Of a DNA stretch of 64,000 nt, positions 46,846 through 61,030 are shown piece by piece. Each line of letters opens with the position of its first letter. The first letter of the stretch is position 1. Origin of the DNA: Paraspadella gotoi (taxonomy: Eukaryota > Animalia > Chaetognatha); assembly GCA_051294375.1 (NCBI GenBank), contig CM119270.1, positions 9,112,153 to 9,176,152 of the forward strand, given 5' to 3'. The notes beneath the pieces were generated by a model that ran no database searches, was not told the DNA's origin, and saw only the letters and a program-made list of their open reading frames with translations. A program made the position numbers and the translations under genes.

Positions 46846-47231
46846 GAAAATATTAAGAAAGAGAGAAAAAATAGTCCAGAGTTATCAATAATGGACTAAG
46901 GAAACTAAAGCCGATCCGGCATTTCGTCAATTAGTCCTAATGAAAAAAGAGACCAACATCAACTAAAGGTTTAAGTAATTGTCGGCTCACACGACTTCCC
47001 TCTTCACCGATTTTCACCCTTCCCTTTCCTTCACACTTTCGTCACCGACGTCACCGTCTTCACCCCCACGTCATCCATCACGGTTCGATCACGCTTCAAC
47101 CCTCGTCGACACAAACGTCGTCAATCACGCCGGCGTTTCGGCGTCGCCTCGTCACCGGAAGACGGGAGTCACGTGATCTTCCAGGAGACGTCGTTACGTC
47201 AGTTGCTCAAGCAGACGGGACGCGATGGTTT

Positions 47232-48332
47232 GACACCGGCGGACGTAAACTGAGGAAGGGGTGGGGGGAGAGATTGAAGGGGTGGGGAGGAGAGATGATA
47301 GGGGTGGGGGAGAGGAAAAAGGGGTGGGGAGGGAGGATAATAAGGGGGTGGGAGAAGGATCGAGGGGTGGGAGGAGAGATCGAAGGGGTGGGGAGGAGAG
47401 GATCAAAGGGGTGGAGGAAGGGGTGGGGGGAGAGGATCGAAGGGGTGGGGGAGGAGAGGATCAAAGGGGTGGGGGAGGAAGAGCAAAGGGGTGGGGGGGA
47501 GAAGGGATCAGAGGGGTGGGGGAGGAGAGGATCAAAGGGGGTGGGAGAGGATCAAAAGGGGGTGGGGGAGGAGAGCGATCAAAGGGGTGGGAGGAGAGGA
47601 TCGAAGGGGGGGGGGAGGAGAGGATAGAAGGGGTGGGGGAGGAAGAATCGAAGGGGGTGGGGGAGAGGATCAAAGGGGGAGGAGAGGATCGAAGGGGGTG
47701 GGGAGGAGAGGATCAAAGGGGCGTGGGGAGGCAGAGGATCAAGAGGGTGGGAGGGAATCAAAGGGTGGGAGGAGAGATCAAAGGGGGTGGGGGGGAGGAA
47801 CAAGGGTGGGGAGGAGAGGATCAAAGGGGTGGGGGAGGAGAGGATCAGAAGGGGTGGGGAGAGAGGATCGAAGGGGTGGGGAGGAGAGGTCGAAGGGGTG
47901 GGGGGAGGATCAAGAGGGGAGGGGGGAGGATGAAGGGGGTGGGGGAGGAGAGGATCAAAGGGGTGGGGAGGAGAGATCAAAGGGGGTGGGGGGAGAGGAT
48001 CAGGGGGGGGGAGGAAGGATCAAGGGGTGGGAGAGAGGATCAAAGAGGTGGGGGAGAGAGAGGATCAAAGGGTGGGAGAGGAGAGAGGGAGAAGAGAGAC
48101 AGGGGTGGAACAGGATCGAAGGGGTGGGAGAAGATCAAAGGGGAGAAGATCGGAAGGGGTGGGGAGAGAGATAAGGGTGGGGAGGAGGGGAAAAGGTGGA
48201 GGGAGGAGGATAAAGGGGTGGGGGGGAGAGGATCAAAGGGGGGGGGAGGAGAGGATAAGGGGGGGGGGAGGAGGATCAAAGGGGGTGGGAGGAAGGATCA
48301 AAGGGGGTGGGGGAGGAGAGGATCGAAGGGGG
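47232..48332. repeat. G-rich ~22-24 bp minisatellite (GGGGAGGAGAGGATCAAAGGGGGT)
   Basis: Direct inspection; also at 51287-51400 and 51567-51790. Confidence 0.9.
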
Positions 48333-49829
48333 CCCTCAATTTCCTCGCTATAACCCTGCGGAGGCGGGGATTTCTTTTTCTCGTTAGGGCGTTTCTCTTT
48401 TGTTGTTTGGCTTTTTTTTAGTCGCTTTTAACGACGGGGGATTAACAGGAATGGCTTCGGATAAGCGGTTTAGCGATTTTTGCATCACGGATTCGCAAAT
48501 CGGAATTTCTGTCGGAGGAAGACTTAACTCATTCAGCAATAAAGCAAACAACAGATTTTCTTCAATAACGATTATGTTATGTGAAAATGATAAAATTTTA
48601 GAAAATTAAAATTTAGCATATAAACACTGTACATAAAAACTATTAAAAATACTTTGGTATATTTATTTTTTATTTTATACATTAGTGGGCACAGTAAGAC
48701 TATATTTATATATAATAATTAAGTATATAATAGGCTAAATTTTAAAATGCAAATTTTTAAATTTTAAGATGGGATTTGGATTCCTTGCAAAAATGTTGAT
48801 AAAAGAAGTATAATTCTTTTTTAAAGATTCTTTCATTAAATTGATCAAAAATTTAAAAAACTAATGCCCAGTTTCAATTTCAAGCTAAAAAATATAGTTT
48901 TTTGTCATTTTAACCAACTTAATGACATAATTTTAAACAAGATTTATATTTTCTTCTATCCTTTAACGAATAATCTGAATCGGTTCTCAGAATTAAAAAA
49001 AGTTTTTATTTATAGGGTAGTACTTATAGTATATACAAAATAAAGCTGAGTGGGCTACTATATTGGTAAAAAAAGAAAAATAACTACAGATTAGTATTCA
49101 CTAATATGATAATAGTTTTTATGATATCACTGATATTTGAAATTAAAGACAAAGTTTTGATAATCATCAGTTAGAGTGGAGCACTCAAAACAAAAAAATT
49201 ATTTGAATGGATCGAACAAGATATTTAGATGTGAGATAGGTATGAGTAACTAGTACAAAAAGTATTTTGTTTATATTATCTCGGGAACAGAATAGTAAAA
49301 ATATAATATATTTGTAGTAATGTCCTTATAAATAGTAAATTTTAAAAAATAAGTTTTATAACTTTTATTAAAGATTCAGATTCTTCATAAAAAGTTGAAT
49401 CAAAAATATTAAAACATGTTATCAAAAATTCTGTCATCTTCAATGTTTAAATAAAGAAAAAAGGTGATAAATTCCTCACTTTTTTATTCTCTGTAAATAA
49501 AAACTTATATATGTAAAAACTTTTTAATCATTTTTTGTCATCTAAACATTAAATATCATATAACTATTATTTATAAGTTTTAGGTTTTTTAACAAGCGAT
49601 CCAAATCAGTTACAGTCAAAACAAAAATAAAAAAATTAATTTTGAAATTTGACGATTTTATAAGGATATTACTACATAAATAATTGAATTGTGCTATACT
49701 GTTATGCTAAAGATTTTTTAAAAGGATTTAAAATAAATCATTAATAGATATGTCCTCGGGCAGCAAAAAAATTAATGTTCAATCACTCAATCTTTCTATC
49801 ATCATCCTCCACCCTATCATCATCGAGTG

Positions 49830-49862
49830 CTGATGAAGGCTTGAATGAAAGCCGAACTTGTC
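49830..49862 (+). ncRNA. Minimal hammerhead-like motif (duplicate of the 53280 copy)
   Basis: CTGATGA-A-GGCT..AGCC-GAAC-TT-GTC (one A missing). Confidence 0.5.
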
Positions 49863-52800
49863 TGAACAATAAAAATAAATATCGTTGATGTATCAAGATT
49901 ACTTTGTCTGTAATTTCTAATATCTCAAACACACACGAAACAAAGTTTAATCAACAGAGATTAACTGCAAAATTTGGATTCGCCCAAACTTTCAACTTCA
50001 CCCTTATTAAACAGGTCAGTTTTTGGATTCCCTTGATTACTTCGGAAAGGCAGTCACGCGTATTAAGCTTGGACTGAACAGAACAGACGCTGCGGTTTTC
50101 TTAAAATTAAGCAAACGCCGCCCTTTCCTTTAAAAATATAGGGAAGTGAAGCGAAAGTTTTCTATGAACATGGGAGCAGAACGCCGCGTTGCCCTTGACA
50201 CGGGAGGCGAGGCTCCGCCGTTTTTGTGTATTTCTTTTTTTTTAAAACAAATCAAGCGTCAGAGGCAGGAGCTTTTTTATGCCTTGAAAAATCCGGTTTA
50301 AGAAGGATATAATGGACGGACCTTCTTTTGGGTGTTGAAGACTAGGATGGATAAAGTATTTTTAAGTAAGGAAATAGGTTTGGGAAGAAGGAGTAAAGTA
50401 GAAAACGTAGTGATGTAAATTATTTTTTTTGGTGAAAGACCTTGAGGTCTCTGAGCTGCGGTGAAACGAAATATGGAAGGTTTTTTAGTGATTGTTTTTG
50501 TGAAATAGTCGGGAGGAAAACCAAAAAAATAAGTTACAAGAAGCAAGATTTATTCTCGAGTGGAGCTAATCTGAAGAGTTAATTAAAATGCAACAATGAA
50601 CGGTCTGAAAAAAATACGTTTAAATAACATACTAGCTTGGAAAATGAATATGTGGCGCCAAAATTTTTTAACTCAAACTTTTGACCCCTTTAATATCAAT
50701 ATCTGAAAAATTTGGCAAAACCAGTGTGTGAGGTTCAAATGAACAGAGAGGTGTAACCAAAAATCTGGCCTTCTTAATTTAAATATGATAATATTTGTGT
50801 TTAAATATTATTATACTTATACTTAATATAACCTTTGGGGTTTTGATATATGCATCATTTGATTTTAAAATAAAAAACTTTTACTAATACAGAGGAAATC
50901 AATTTAAAGCGTTAAAAAAATGTTATTTCAAAGCAGAATGTTTTCATAAACACTTTTTCTTTTATTTCTCACTCTTGTATTATTTAAATTCTTATTACGC
51001 TAGAAATAGGCTCATTTGAATCATTAATTTTTTTATCTTTAAAAAGTTACAAAAGTTACCGAAACTAACCAAATTTTCGGCGACTTATTCTATCATTTTT
51101 CCAAGATGGTATGCTGCCATATCTTTACTTTTTGTAAAATTCCTCTAAAGCCTAAGGCAAAAAAAAAAAGAAATTTAAGAGAGCAACATGTGAAAATTGT
51201 CAGGTTCGGCGACCAGAGTTGGTTTTTTGTTTTGAAGAAGGATGAGTATTTTGCGAAAGGCTNNNNNNNNNNNNNNNNNNNNNNNNNGAGGAGAGGATCG
51301 AAGGGGGTGGGAGGAGAGGATCGAAGGGGGACTCATCCTAGGTGTATAGTAGGGGGAGCGAGAGGATCATAAGGGGAGGAAGAGGATCGAAAGGGGGCTA
51401 TAGCACTATGAGATTTAGTCTGCTAATCGAGCCTCCTTGTTACCTAGTAAACTACTGGATCCATTCAAGTATAAACGCATAGCGTCGTGGCGAAAGCTCC
51501 TAGTTAAGTGTTAGTTATAATGCACCAACTCTATAATGATCTAGCCGTGCTCTGGCAAGAATTATAGGGTGGGGAGGAGAGGATCAAAGGGGGTGGGGGA
51601 GGAGAGGATCAAAGAGGGTAGAGGATCGAAGGAGAGGATCAAAGGGGGTGGGGGAGGAGAGGATCAAGAGAGGGTGGGGGAGGAGAGGATCAAAGAGGGT
51701 GGGGAGGAGAGGATCAAAGGGGTGGGGGAGGAGAGGATCAAAGGGGGTGGGGAGGGAGGAACAAAAGGAGTAGGAGAGATCGAAGCGGGCCGCCTCAATT
51801 TCCTCGCTAATACCCCTGCGGAGGCGGGGATTCTTTTTTCGTTAGGGCGTTTCTCTTTTGTTGTTTGCTTTTTTTTAGTCGCTTTTAACGACGGGGGATT
51901 AACAGGAATTGGCTTCGGATAAGCGGTTTAGCGATTTTTTGCATCACGGATTCGCAAATCGGAATTTCTGTCCGGAGGAAGACTTAACTCATTCAGCAAT
52001 AAAGCAAACAACAGATTTTCTTCAATAACGATTATGTTATGTGAAAATGATAAAATTTTAGAAAATTAAAATTTAGCATATAAAACATGTACATAAAAAC
52101 TATTAAAAATACTTTGGTATATTTATTTTTTAATTTTATACATTAGTGGGCACAGTAAGCTATATTTATATATAGTAATAAGTATATAATAGGCTAAAAT
52201 TTTAAAATGCAAATTTTTAAATTTTAAGATCGGATTTGGATTCCTTGCAAAATGTTGATAAAAGAAAGTATAATTCTTTTTTAAAGATTCTTTCATTAAA
52301 TTGATCAAAAATTTAAAAAACTAGATGCCCAGTTTCAATTTCAAGCTAAAAAATATAGTTTTTTGTCATTTTAACCAACTTAATGACATAATTTTTAAAC
52401 AAGATTTATATTTTCTTCTATCAACTTTTAACGAATAATCTGAATCGGTTCTCAGAATTAAAAAAAGTTTTTATTTATAGGGTAGTACTATATAGTATAT
52501 ACAAAATAAGCTGAGTGGGCTACTATATTTGTAAAAAAAAGAAAAATAACTACAGATTAGTATTCACTAATATGATAATAGTTTTTAAGATATCACTGAT
52601 ATTTGAAATTAAAGACAAAGTTTTGATACATCATCAGTAGAGTGGAGCACTCAAGAACAAAAAAATTATTTGAATGAGATCGAACAATGATATTTAGATG
52701 TGAGATAGGTATGAGTAACTAGTACAGAAAAGTATTTTGTTTATATTATCTCGGAAAGAATAGTAAAAATATAATTATATTGTAGTAATGTCCTTATAAA

Positions 52801-53279
52801 ATAGTAAATTTTAAAAAATAAGTTTTATAAATTTTATTAAAGATTCAGATTCTTCATAAAAAAGTTGAATCAAAAATATAAAACATGTTATCAAAAATTC
52901 TGTCATCTTCAATGTTTAAAATAAGAAAAAAGGGATAAATTCCTCACTTTTTTATTACTCTGTAATAAAAACTTATATATGTAAAAACTTTTTAATCATT
53001 TTTTGTCATCTAAACATTAAATATCATATAACAATATTTTATAAAAGTTCTTAGTTTTTTAACAGCAGATCCAAATCAGTTCTTTAAAATAAAAAAAAAT
53101 TATTTTGAAATTTGACGATTTTATAAGGATATTACTACATAAATAATTGAATTTGCTATACTGTTATGCTAAAGATTTTTTAAAAAGGATTTAAAATTCA
53201 TTAATGATATGTCCATCGGCAGCAAAAAAATAATGTTCAATCACTCAATCTTTTCATCACTCCACCCTAATCATCAGTG

Positions 53280-53313
53280 CTGATGAAGGCTTGAATGAAA
53301 GCCGAAACTTGTC
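53280..53313 (+). ncRNA. Minimal hammerhead ribozyme motif (Penelope-type) with intact core
   Basis: CTGATGA-A-GGCT(TGAATGAA)AGCC-GAAAC-TT-GTC then AATAAA; stem I weak. Confidence 0.65.
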
Positions 53314-54682
53314 TGAACAATAAAAAATAAAATCGTTGATGTATCAAGACTTTGTCTTTAATTTCTAATATCTCAAAACACAACGAAACAAAGTTTAATC
53401 ACAAGATATAACTGCAAAATTTTGATTCCAAACTTTCACTTCACCCTATTAAACAGGTCAGTTTTTGGATTCCCTTAACTTCGGAAAGGCATCCGCGTTT
53501 CCTTGACAACAGAACAGACGCTGCGGTTTTCTTAAAATCTAAGCAAACGCCGCCCTTTCCTTTAAAAAATATAGGGAATGGCGAAGTTTTTCTTGACATG
53601 GGAGCGAACGCCGCCGTTGCCTTGACAACGGGGAGGCGAGGCTCCGCCGTTTTTTGTATTTTTTTTTAACAAGTCAGAGGGCAGGAGTTTTTTATCCTTG
53701 AAAACCGGTTTAAGAGGATAGGACGGACCTTCTTTGGGGTGTTGAAACTAGGATGGAAAAAGTATTTTTTAAGGAAATAGTTTGGGAAGAAAGGAGTAAA
53801 GTTAGAAAACGTAGTGATGTAATTATTTTTTTTGGTGAAAGACCTTGAGGTCTCTGAGCTGCGTGAAACGAAAATTGGAAGGTTTTTTAGTGATTATTTT
53901 GTGAAATAGTCGGGAGGAAAACCAAAAAAATAAGTTACAAGAAGCAAGATTTATTCTCGAGTGAGCTAATCTGAAGAGTTAATTAAAATGCAACAATTGA
54001 ACGTCTGAAAAAATACGTTTAAATAACATACTAGCTTGGAAAATGAATATGTCGCCAAATATTTTTACTCAACTTTTGACCCCTTTAATATCAATATCTG
54101 AAAAATTTGGCACATGTGTGAGGTTCAAATGAACAGAAGGATGTAACCAAAAATCTGGCCTTCTTAATTTTAAATATGATAATATTTGTTTTAAATATTA
54201 TTATACTTATACTTAATATAACCTTTGGGAGTTTTGATATATGCATCATTTGATTTTAATAAATAAAAAACTTTTACTAATACAGAGGAAATCAATTTAA
54301 AGGTTAAAAAAATGTTATTTCAAAGCAGAATGTTTTCATAAACCACTTTTCTTTTATTTCTCACTCTTGTATTTTAAATCTTATTACGCTAGAAATAGGC
54401 TCATTTGAATCATTATTTTTTTATCTTTAAAAAGTTACAAAAGTTACCGAAACTAACCAAATTTTCGGCGACTTATTCATTTTCCAAGATGGTATGCTGC
54501 CATATCTTTACTTTTTGTAAATTCCTCTAAGCCTAAGGCAAAAAAAAAAAGAAATTTAGAGCAACATTGAAAATTGTCAGGTTCGGCGCCAGAGTTGGTT
54601 TTTGTTTTGAAGAAGGATGAGATTTTGGCGAAAGCTCCGCGTCATTGATCGATTCAAAACGGAAACATCCATGAAAAAAGAG

Positions 54683-54727
54683 AAAGAAAGAAAGAAAAAA
54701 GAAAGAAAGAAAGAAAGAAAGAAAGAG

Positions 54728-54796
<69 letters not shown>
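54683..54796. repeat. (GAAA)n microsatellite
   Basis: Direct inspection. Confidence 0.95.
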
Positions 54797-54797
<1 letters not shown>

Positions 54798-54991
54798 TAA
54801 GACAAAAAAAAAAGAAAAAAAATTTCAGTTTTTCCTTTTACATTTGAATAAAATGTTTTTCACTTCCTAAATTGGAAAATAAAGAGAAAAAGGGAGATGG
54901 GGAGTGAACGAGAGAAATAGAGCGACAGAGCCAAGGAAAGAAAGAGAGAGCGAGAGTGACAGAGGATAGAGACGAGGACGAGAGAGAGAGA

Positions 54992-55024
<33 letters not shown>

Positions 55025-55277
55025 TTGGGCCCCCGGAAATGATTATCCCGCAAGTTGAGATCCGGATAATCCATCAGATCCTTCAAGTAATGAAACTTCG
55101 GAGGTTCTGAGACCCAAATTCGGCCCCTCTCTTAGATATCCTTATCCTTCCCTCTCTCAAGTTTTTCACTTCTTTTTCTATTCCTTCCTCCTTCCTCAAT
55201 TCCATCCAACTGCCTCTATCCCAATCTGATTCTCGCGCCGAGTTTGTGATGTTTGGAAGTGATTTGGCCGAGGGAGC

Positions 55278-55403
<126 letters not shown>

Positions 55404-55972
55404 CTACATATGGGATTCGATTTGGACTCTAACAGCGAAGAAAATGATGAAACCGTAAAAAGTTTGAGGATAAAAGTTTAAACCTCGTTACGTTGGCAGG
55501 GAATAACGTTCGAAGATATGGTATGAAAAATTGAAAAAATTACTTGTTTTACTATATTAAATTTAATTTATATATATTAGATTTAATTATTTTCTTTATA
55601 TAAATTATATTCTTTTATAATGTTAAGTGGAGAGGGTTGTTAGTGTTGTTTTCAGGAAAAATGAGAAGACAGTGACAAAGGATAATTTAAACGTGATTGA
55701 ATAAGAACAAGCTAAAGAGTTACAAAAGTTATAACAGAAAAACAAAAAAGTAGATTAAAATTAACAATTAAAATTTGTTGAGGAGACAAAATCAAACCCT
55801 TGCTGATCTTTTCCAAAATAGGACGATTCTGTTTCGTTGACTGATTTTAAGAACAAGAATGAAAGAAAAAATAAATGTAAGATTCTGAGTGAGATAGTAA
55901 TTGGAAAGACAAGGAAAAAGCGACAACAAAGAAAGCAATATAATTGATGATGACCGAGACAAGGAGTGGGAG

Positions 55973-56084
<112 letters not shown>

Positions 56085-58740
56085 AAGCGATTAGGCAAAA
56101 AGAGTTAGCAAGGCTCAGCGCCCCAATGACCTTTGTTTGGCGCCGCACTGATTTTTGGTTGGCGCGAACAACGACGCGCGTGTTGAGGAAAACTATGGCG
56201 GGAAAAACTGGGGAGTTGCGTCGCTTTTACTTGAATACAAAGAAAGTCAACATTGTGCGGAGTAACCAGAGCTTAATCCTTTTTCACATAAAAAGTATTT
56301 TCTGACTTCGAACTGTTTTACTATGCAAGAAGGAACCGAAAAAAGATGAAATTTATATTATAATAAATGAGAAAGATTTAATTTAAAAGCAAAAAAGCGA
56401 GAAAATAATGTTGGCGCAGAAGTCAAATATTTTTTGTTTTGATAAATTTGTTAGTAACATTTGAGTCATCCATTGATTTTGGCTGATAGTTCTAAATTTT
56501 AGTTAAGCTTTTACTTTTTATTTCTAGACATACCTAGTAAAATAACCCCATCTTCTCTTCTTCTCTTTATCTCTACTCTGTCTATCATCTCATCTGCAGC
56601 TCTCTCTGCCTCATTCTTAGCTCGTCTTCTCTTTTGACTTTCTCTCCTCCTCTTCTCTCTCTCATAATATCGAGTTCGAACGCTATTGTTGAGAGCTTTT
56701 ATATAGTGGAATGCGGATTTCGGGAGTAACAACTCGTCGGAGGGTATGGTGCAGCAGGAGACCTAGAGTCACTGTTGCGGCAGACATAGATTTGGCTGTC
56801 GCTAAGGAGGGGGATTAATAGGCATTTGGGTGGAGATGTTGTAAATTTGAAATCAGCTTTGGGTAGGTTAAGGAAAAGGATTGGGCGAAGGTGGTTGTGC
56901 TTTGGGCACTTACTTGCACTGTCGGAAAAATGGTTAAGTAAATTATTCGTCTGCCCTGAGAGTGAATTTATGCTTTATTAGCGGGAAGTTTGGAGGGAGA
57001 ATGGGAGAGAGCACGGCGAGAGACCCTGGAGACTCGACGCAGTCAGCCGAAGGGAAGAGAATAGAGAGAGAGAGAGCCAGAGAGAGTGAGTATGAGAGAA
57101 AACGCAGATGTAGCAGAGAGAGAGAGAAGAGAGAGAAAGAGAGAGAGTCAGAGAGAGAGAGAAAGAGCAGAGAGATTGAGAGAGAGGAAGAACAGAAAGA
57201 AGATAGAGAGAGAGACCGCGAGAGAAGACGACGAGAGAAGTAGAGAGGAAAAGCTTCAAAAGTGGGTCGTAAAAAAAGCTCTCATGATAAAAAAGACCAT
57301 GAGTCAATGCATGTAAAATGGTTGTGTGACATATATTATGTGTATAGGAAGTGGAAAGATATATTATTTTCTTGCCATGAATAAATGGAAAATATTCGAT
57401 CTAATATCTCTGGAGAGAGCAGAGGAAGATGAGATGAGAAGCCGAGGAGAGTGAGAGAGAGAGAGAGAGTTATTATATCGAGAGAGAGAGAGATAATTGT
57501 TTGAAAAAAAAAGGAGAAAGAAGAGATTATGATATGATGTTCGAGACGATGATGAGAGATGCAAGATGAGGTCACGAGTTATCGACAGGGAAAGTCGCAG
57601 AAATCTCTCGATACCGCTTTTCAGCTATATTAATTATTCATGGCGCTCCGTTAATCGTTTTTTTTTTTTCTCTCTGTCATCAAATGATTTGAATTTTATC
57701 CAAGTTTAGTTACATATAAAGAGAAAGAATCCGAGCGTCGATCTGAAGTTAGGGTCGGGCGGTTCCGGGGTCATCCGATTTTAGCCGGTACCGCCGGGCC
57801 GACTTTTTTGTATTAAATTTTACTATAGGAGGAGATTTTAAGCGCATTCGAAGTCATTCGAAAGTTTGAAAGCGATGAAAAATGAAAAAAAAAGAAAAGA
57901 AAGAATAAATTTGATCGGCGATCCCGACGGCTGCCGGCGATAATTGGATGCAAATTTTCTGGAGGAGGATTTTAAAAAAAAAAAAGGCTGAACCCTGGTA
58001 GTATCGGGTGATCCTGACATAATGTGAACGATTTCAAATAAATTCGAAGATTAACGACGGGGAAAGAAGAAATAAGTATTTGGCCGGACGTGCGGACGGT
58101 CGTCGTCCTCCCTCGCGTCCGAGTGAAAAAAAAAAAAAGCAAATCGAGTTTCGTAATCATCTTTTCGAAGTTATTACCAATTGTTGTGAGAGAGAGAGAG
58201 AGAGGAGAGGAGGAGAGAGAGAGAGATGAGAGGAGAGAAGAGAGAAAGGCGGGGCCATTTATCTTCGGCTGGGATTGATATTTACGTTTCTCGGAGTTCC
58301 CTCGGGGGTCATTCACTCCTGCAGACAATTTTTTTTTTTGACGCTGCATGTGCATGCTTTGAACGGAAAGTTCGTTATGGTTTATGTTCTTTAGATGTTT
58401 TGTTTTCATCAATACAACTTTTTTAATTTTAAGTAAATTTTTCTCTTTCTAGTTTTTAAAAATAATTACGATAAGTATAAGGTGTTATTTTAGATTAATG
58501 TTGCGGCAGTTATTATGGCCAAGACGTTAAACTACCGAACTTTCCGTAACTTTCCAAACTCCCAAACAAAACCCAAACTCCTCATCCATCACACTTTCCT
58601 ACTCTCCTCATTCGCACTCCTCAAGTCTTTCCCTGAATATTTATTACGACTTAAGGGGAAAAAATAATTAAAAAGAAAAAATAATAAAAAGTTAACGCCG
58701 CATGCGGCAAAAGCCAAAAAAAAAAAAAAATAAAAAAACA

Positions 58741-58772
<32 letters not shown>

Positions 58773-60322
58773 AACCGGCCACCCAACTCTGAAATTAATC
58801 ATGTCTTCTTAAATGGTTATGCGCCCATAGTTAAAGATCCATCTGCGCTTATGGTTATTGTGGCGCTCCCAGGAAAACAGAAAAGGAAATTTTTTTAATA
58901 ATAAAACATTTTTTTTTTTTTTTTTTTTTTTTTTTTGTCGGGTGGCGAGAGGGAGAAAGCGGGCCGGCGCCAACTTTGATTTATATTTGCCCCTTCCCCT
59001 CCCTTTTTTTTTTTTTCCTATATTTTCCCACTTCAAACTATCTGTGGCTCCAAACTTTGAAATGAGGTCAGAGGCTCAGTATTTAAAACAAGATAATCTT
59101 TTACTTTTTGTACTCCGATCAAACGTTTGCAGAAGGGGGGCCATAATGGGGTTATTAGACTCCGATCAACGTTCAGAAGCCATAACATACGGGTTAAATT
59201 AAGTTAATCCGAATTTAGGCTAAGGGGTATTTTGGTCTAGTAATTGTACCTTGTAAGAAGAGGCGGTAATGTAACCTTGTGGAAGAGAGGGAGGTACAAA
59301 AGACAACAACACAAACGGGTAGCAATCTTATACTTACCCACCCGGCCGCCGTTTCTTTCCTTAATATAATTTATTACCGGTTATCAAAAAGAAAAGAGGC
59401 GTGACTTTGGGTGGCTTCGATTCCGGCAAAGGAAACCCGTTGTGTTCCGAGTATTCGTCCGAGTGGTGTTGGTGGTGGGATAAATTTTTTTAGATTATTG
59501 GGCGTGGCCATCAACGTTTTAATTTAATTAGGAAACCCCCGTGCCCTTTCTTGATCTAGTAGGGGGTTAATGCCTTGAGAAAAATAAATTTTTGATGGTT
59601 TTGGGAAACAGGTGGATAAGAAAGAAATAAAAAAAAAAAATAAGAAAAGCAAAGAAAAAAAGGAAAAAGAAAAAAGGACAGATAAAGTGAAAAAAGAAGG
59701 AAATAGGAAAAAGGAAGAGAAAAGAAAGAAAAAAGAAAGGAAAAAGAAAGAAAGGAAGAAAGGAAAGGAAGGAAAGGAAAGAAGGAAAGAGAAAGAAAAA
59801 AAGAAAGAAAAGAAGAAAGAAAGAAAGAAAAAAAGAGAAAGAAAGATAAGAAAAAGGAAAGAAAGAAAAAGAAAGAAGAAAAAGAAAAGAAGAAAAAAAA
59901 GAAGAAAGAAAAGAGAAAGAAAGGAAAATAAGAAATCTTATTTCGAACATGAACGTGATATTTGATAAGTTTCGTTTTTTCGCGTTCCGAATGGCCAAAA
60001 CGTTTTTATATTTGTGGCTCTTAAAATCAATTCCATTGGGCAAAGACGGGGGGCCATTTTGAATTCAAAAAAAAACAAACATGTTATTTCATATATTAAG
60101 TTGTTTTTTTTTACACCTCCTGTGAGAACTTCCACGTGCTGGACACAACAATCACACCTCCTTCACCGATATCCAAGCATCTCTTCCAACTGCAACGGAG
60201 CATCGAGCTTGGAACGCCATCCGATGAAGATTAGCATATCTGGCATCAGAAAATGTTTAGGTTGATGACATAGAAAATGGATCTTGCAGTGGATGTGAAT
60301 TCCAGAGAGAGAGAAAGAAAGA

Positions 60323-60369
<47 letters not shown>

Positions 60370-60819
60370 CGAGAGAGAGAGAGCGAGAGAGCGAGAGAGA
60401 GAGAAAGCGAGAGAGAGAGCGAGGGAGAGAGAGAGAGCGCGCTTTTTTATAGCGTCATTCAATGTTTTCTTCTCTGCCTGAATCCAAAACTGAATCCAAA
60501 ACTGAATCCAAACTCCTTCGAAACCAGATTCCAGATTCTCTGTTTCTCCAAACGAAAAAAAAACCCCAAATGTCGGAAGAGAAATTGCAAGAGAGAATCT
60601 CAATGGCGAATTGCAAGGGAGAATCGCAACACGGCAAACACCAATTGAGAATGCAATAGCAAATACTGAAAAAAAGAAATGTCGAGGAAAGCGATGACAT
60701 TGGCCTCCCTTTGATGACGGATGAGTCACTCAAGATGAGAGTTTATTTGGGGAGATAAAACGTAATGATTCATGTCAAAAGGACAAAAAAAGTTGCGAGA
60801 GGAAATTTGTGATTGGGGT

Positions 60820-61030
60820 TAGAAGTTAGGTCAGATTAGAGGTAAGGTCAGGCTAGAGGTTAGGTCAAGTAAGATGTTAGGTCAGGTTAGAGATTAGATC
60901 AGGTTAGAGGTAAGGTCAGGTTAGAAGTTATGTCAAGTAAGAGGTTAGGTCAGGTGAGAGATTATGTCAGGTTAGAGGTAAGGTCAGGTTAGTTGTTAGG
61001 TCAGGTTAGTGGTTAGGTCAGGTCGGTTAA
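60820..61030. repeat. 17-bp TTAGG-containing minisatellite (AGGTTAGAGGTTAGGTC)
   Basis: About 12 degenerate units. Confidence 0.85.

Larger units (their letters stand above)
48334..54636 (+). repeat. ~2.9-kb direct duplication (48334-51262 vs 51793-54636) spanning an N gap
   Basis: Colinear over the full length, differing mostly by 1-nt indels; each copy is preceded by the G-rich minisatellite. Confidence 0.9.

Noticed and set aside
47261-48421. 386-aa Gly/Arg/Glu-rich ORF
   Set aside because: Read-through of a G-rich minisatellite, open in several frames
48334-54636. Real segmental duplication
   Set aside because: Straddles an N gap and differs mainly by homopolymer indels; false duplication is more likely without read-depth data
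58540-59570. Poly-A/poly-T flanked segment as a retrocopy or inverted element
   Set aside because: Arms do not align beyond the homopolymers; looks like low-quality sequence
60130-60260. Exon-like GC-balanced patch
   Set aside because: No recognisable peptide in any frame and no partner exons identified
60820-61030. Interstitial (TTAGG)n telomere
   Set aside because: Periodicity is 17 bp and degenerate, not pure pentamer repeats
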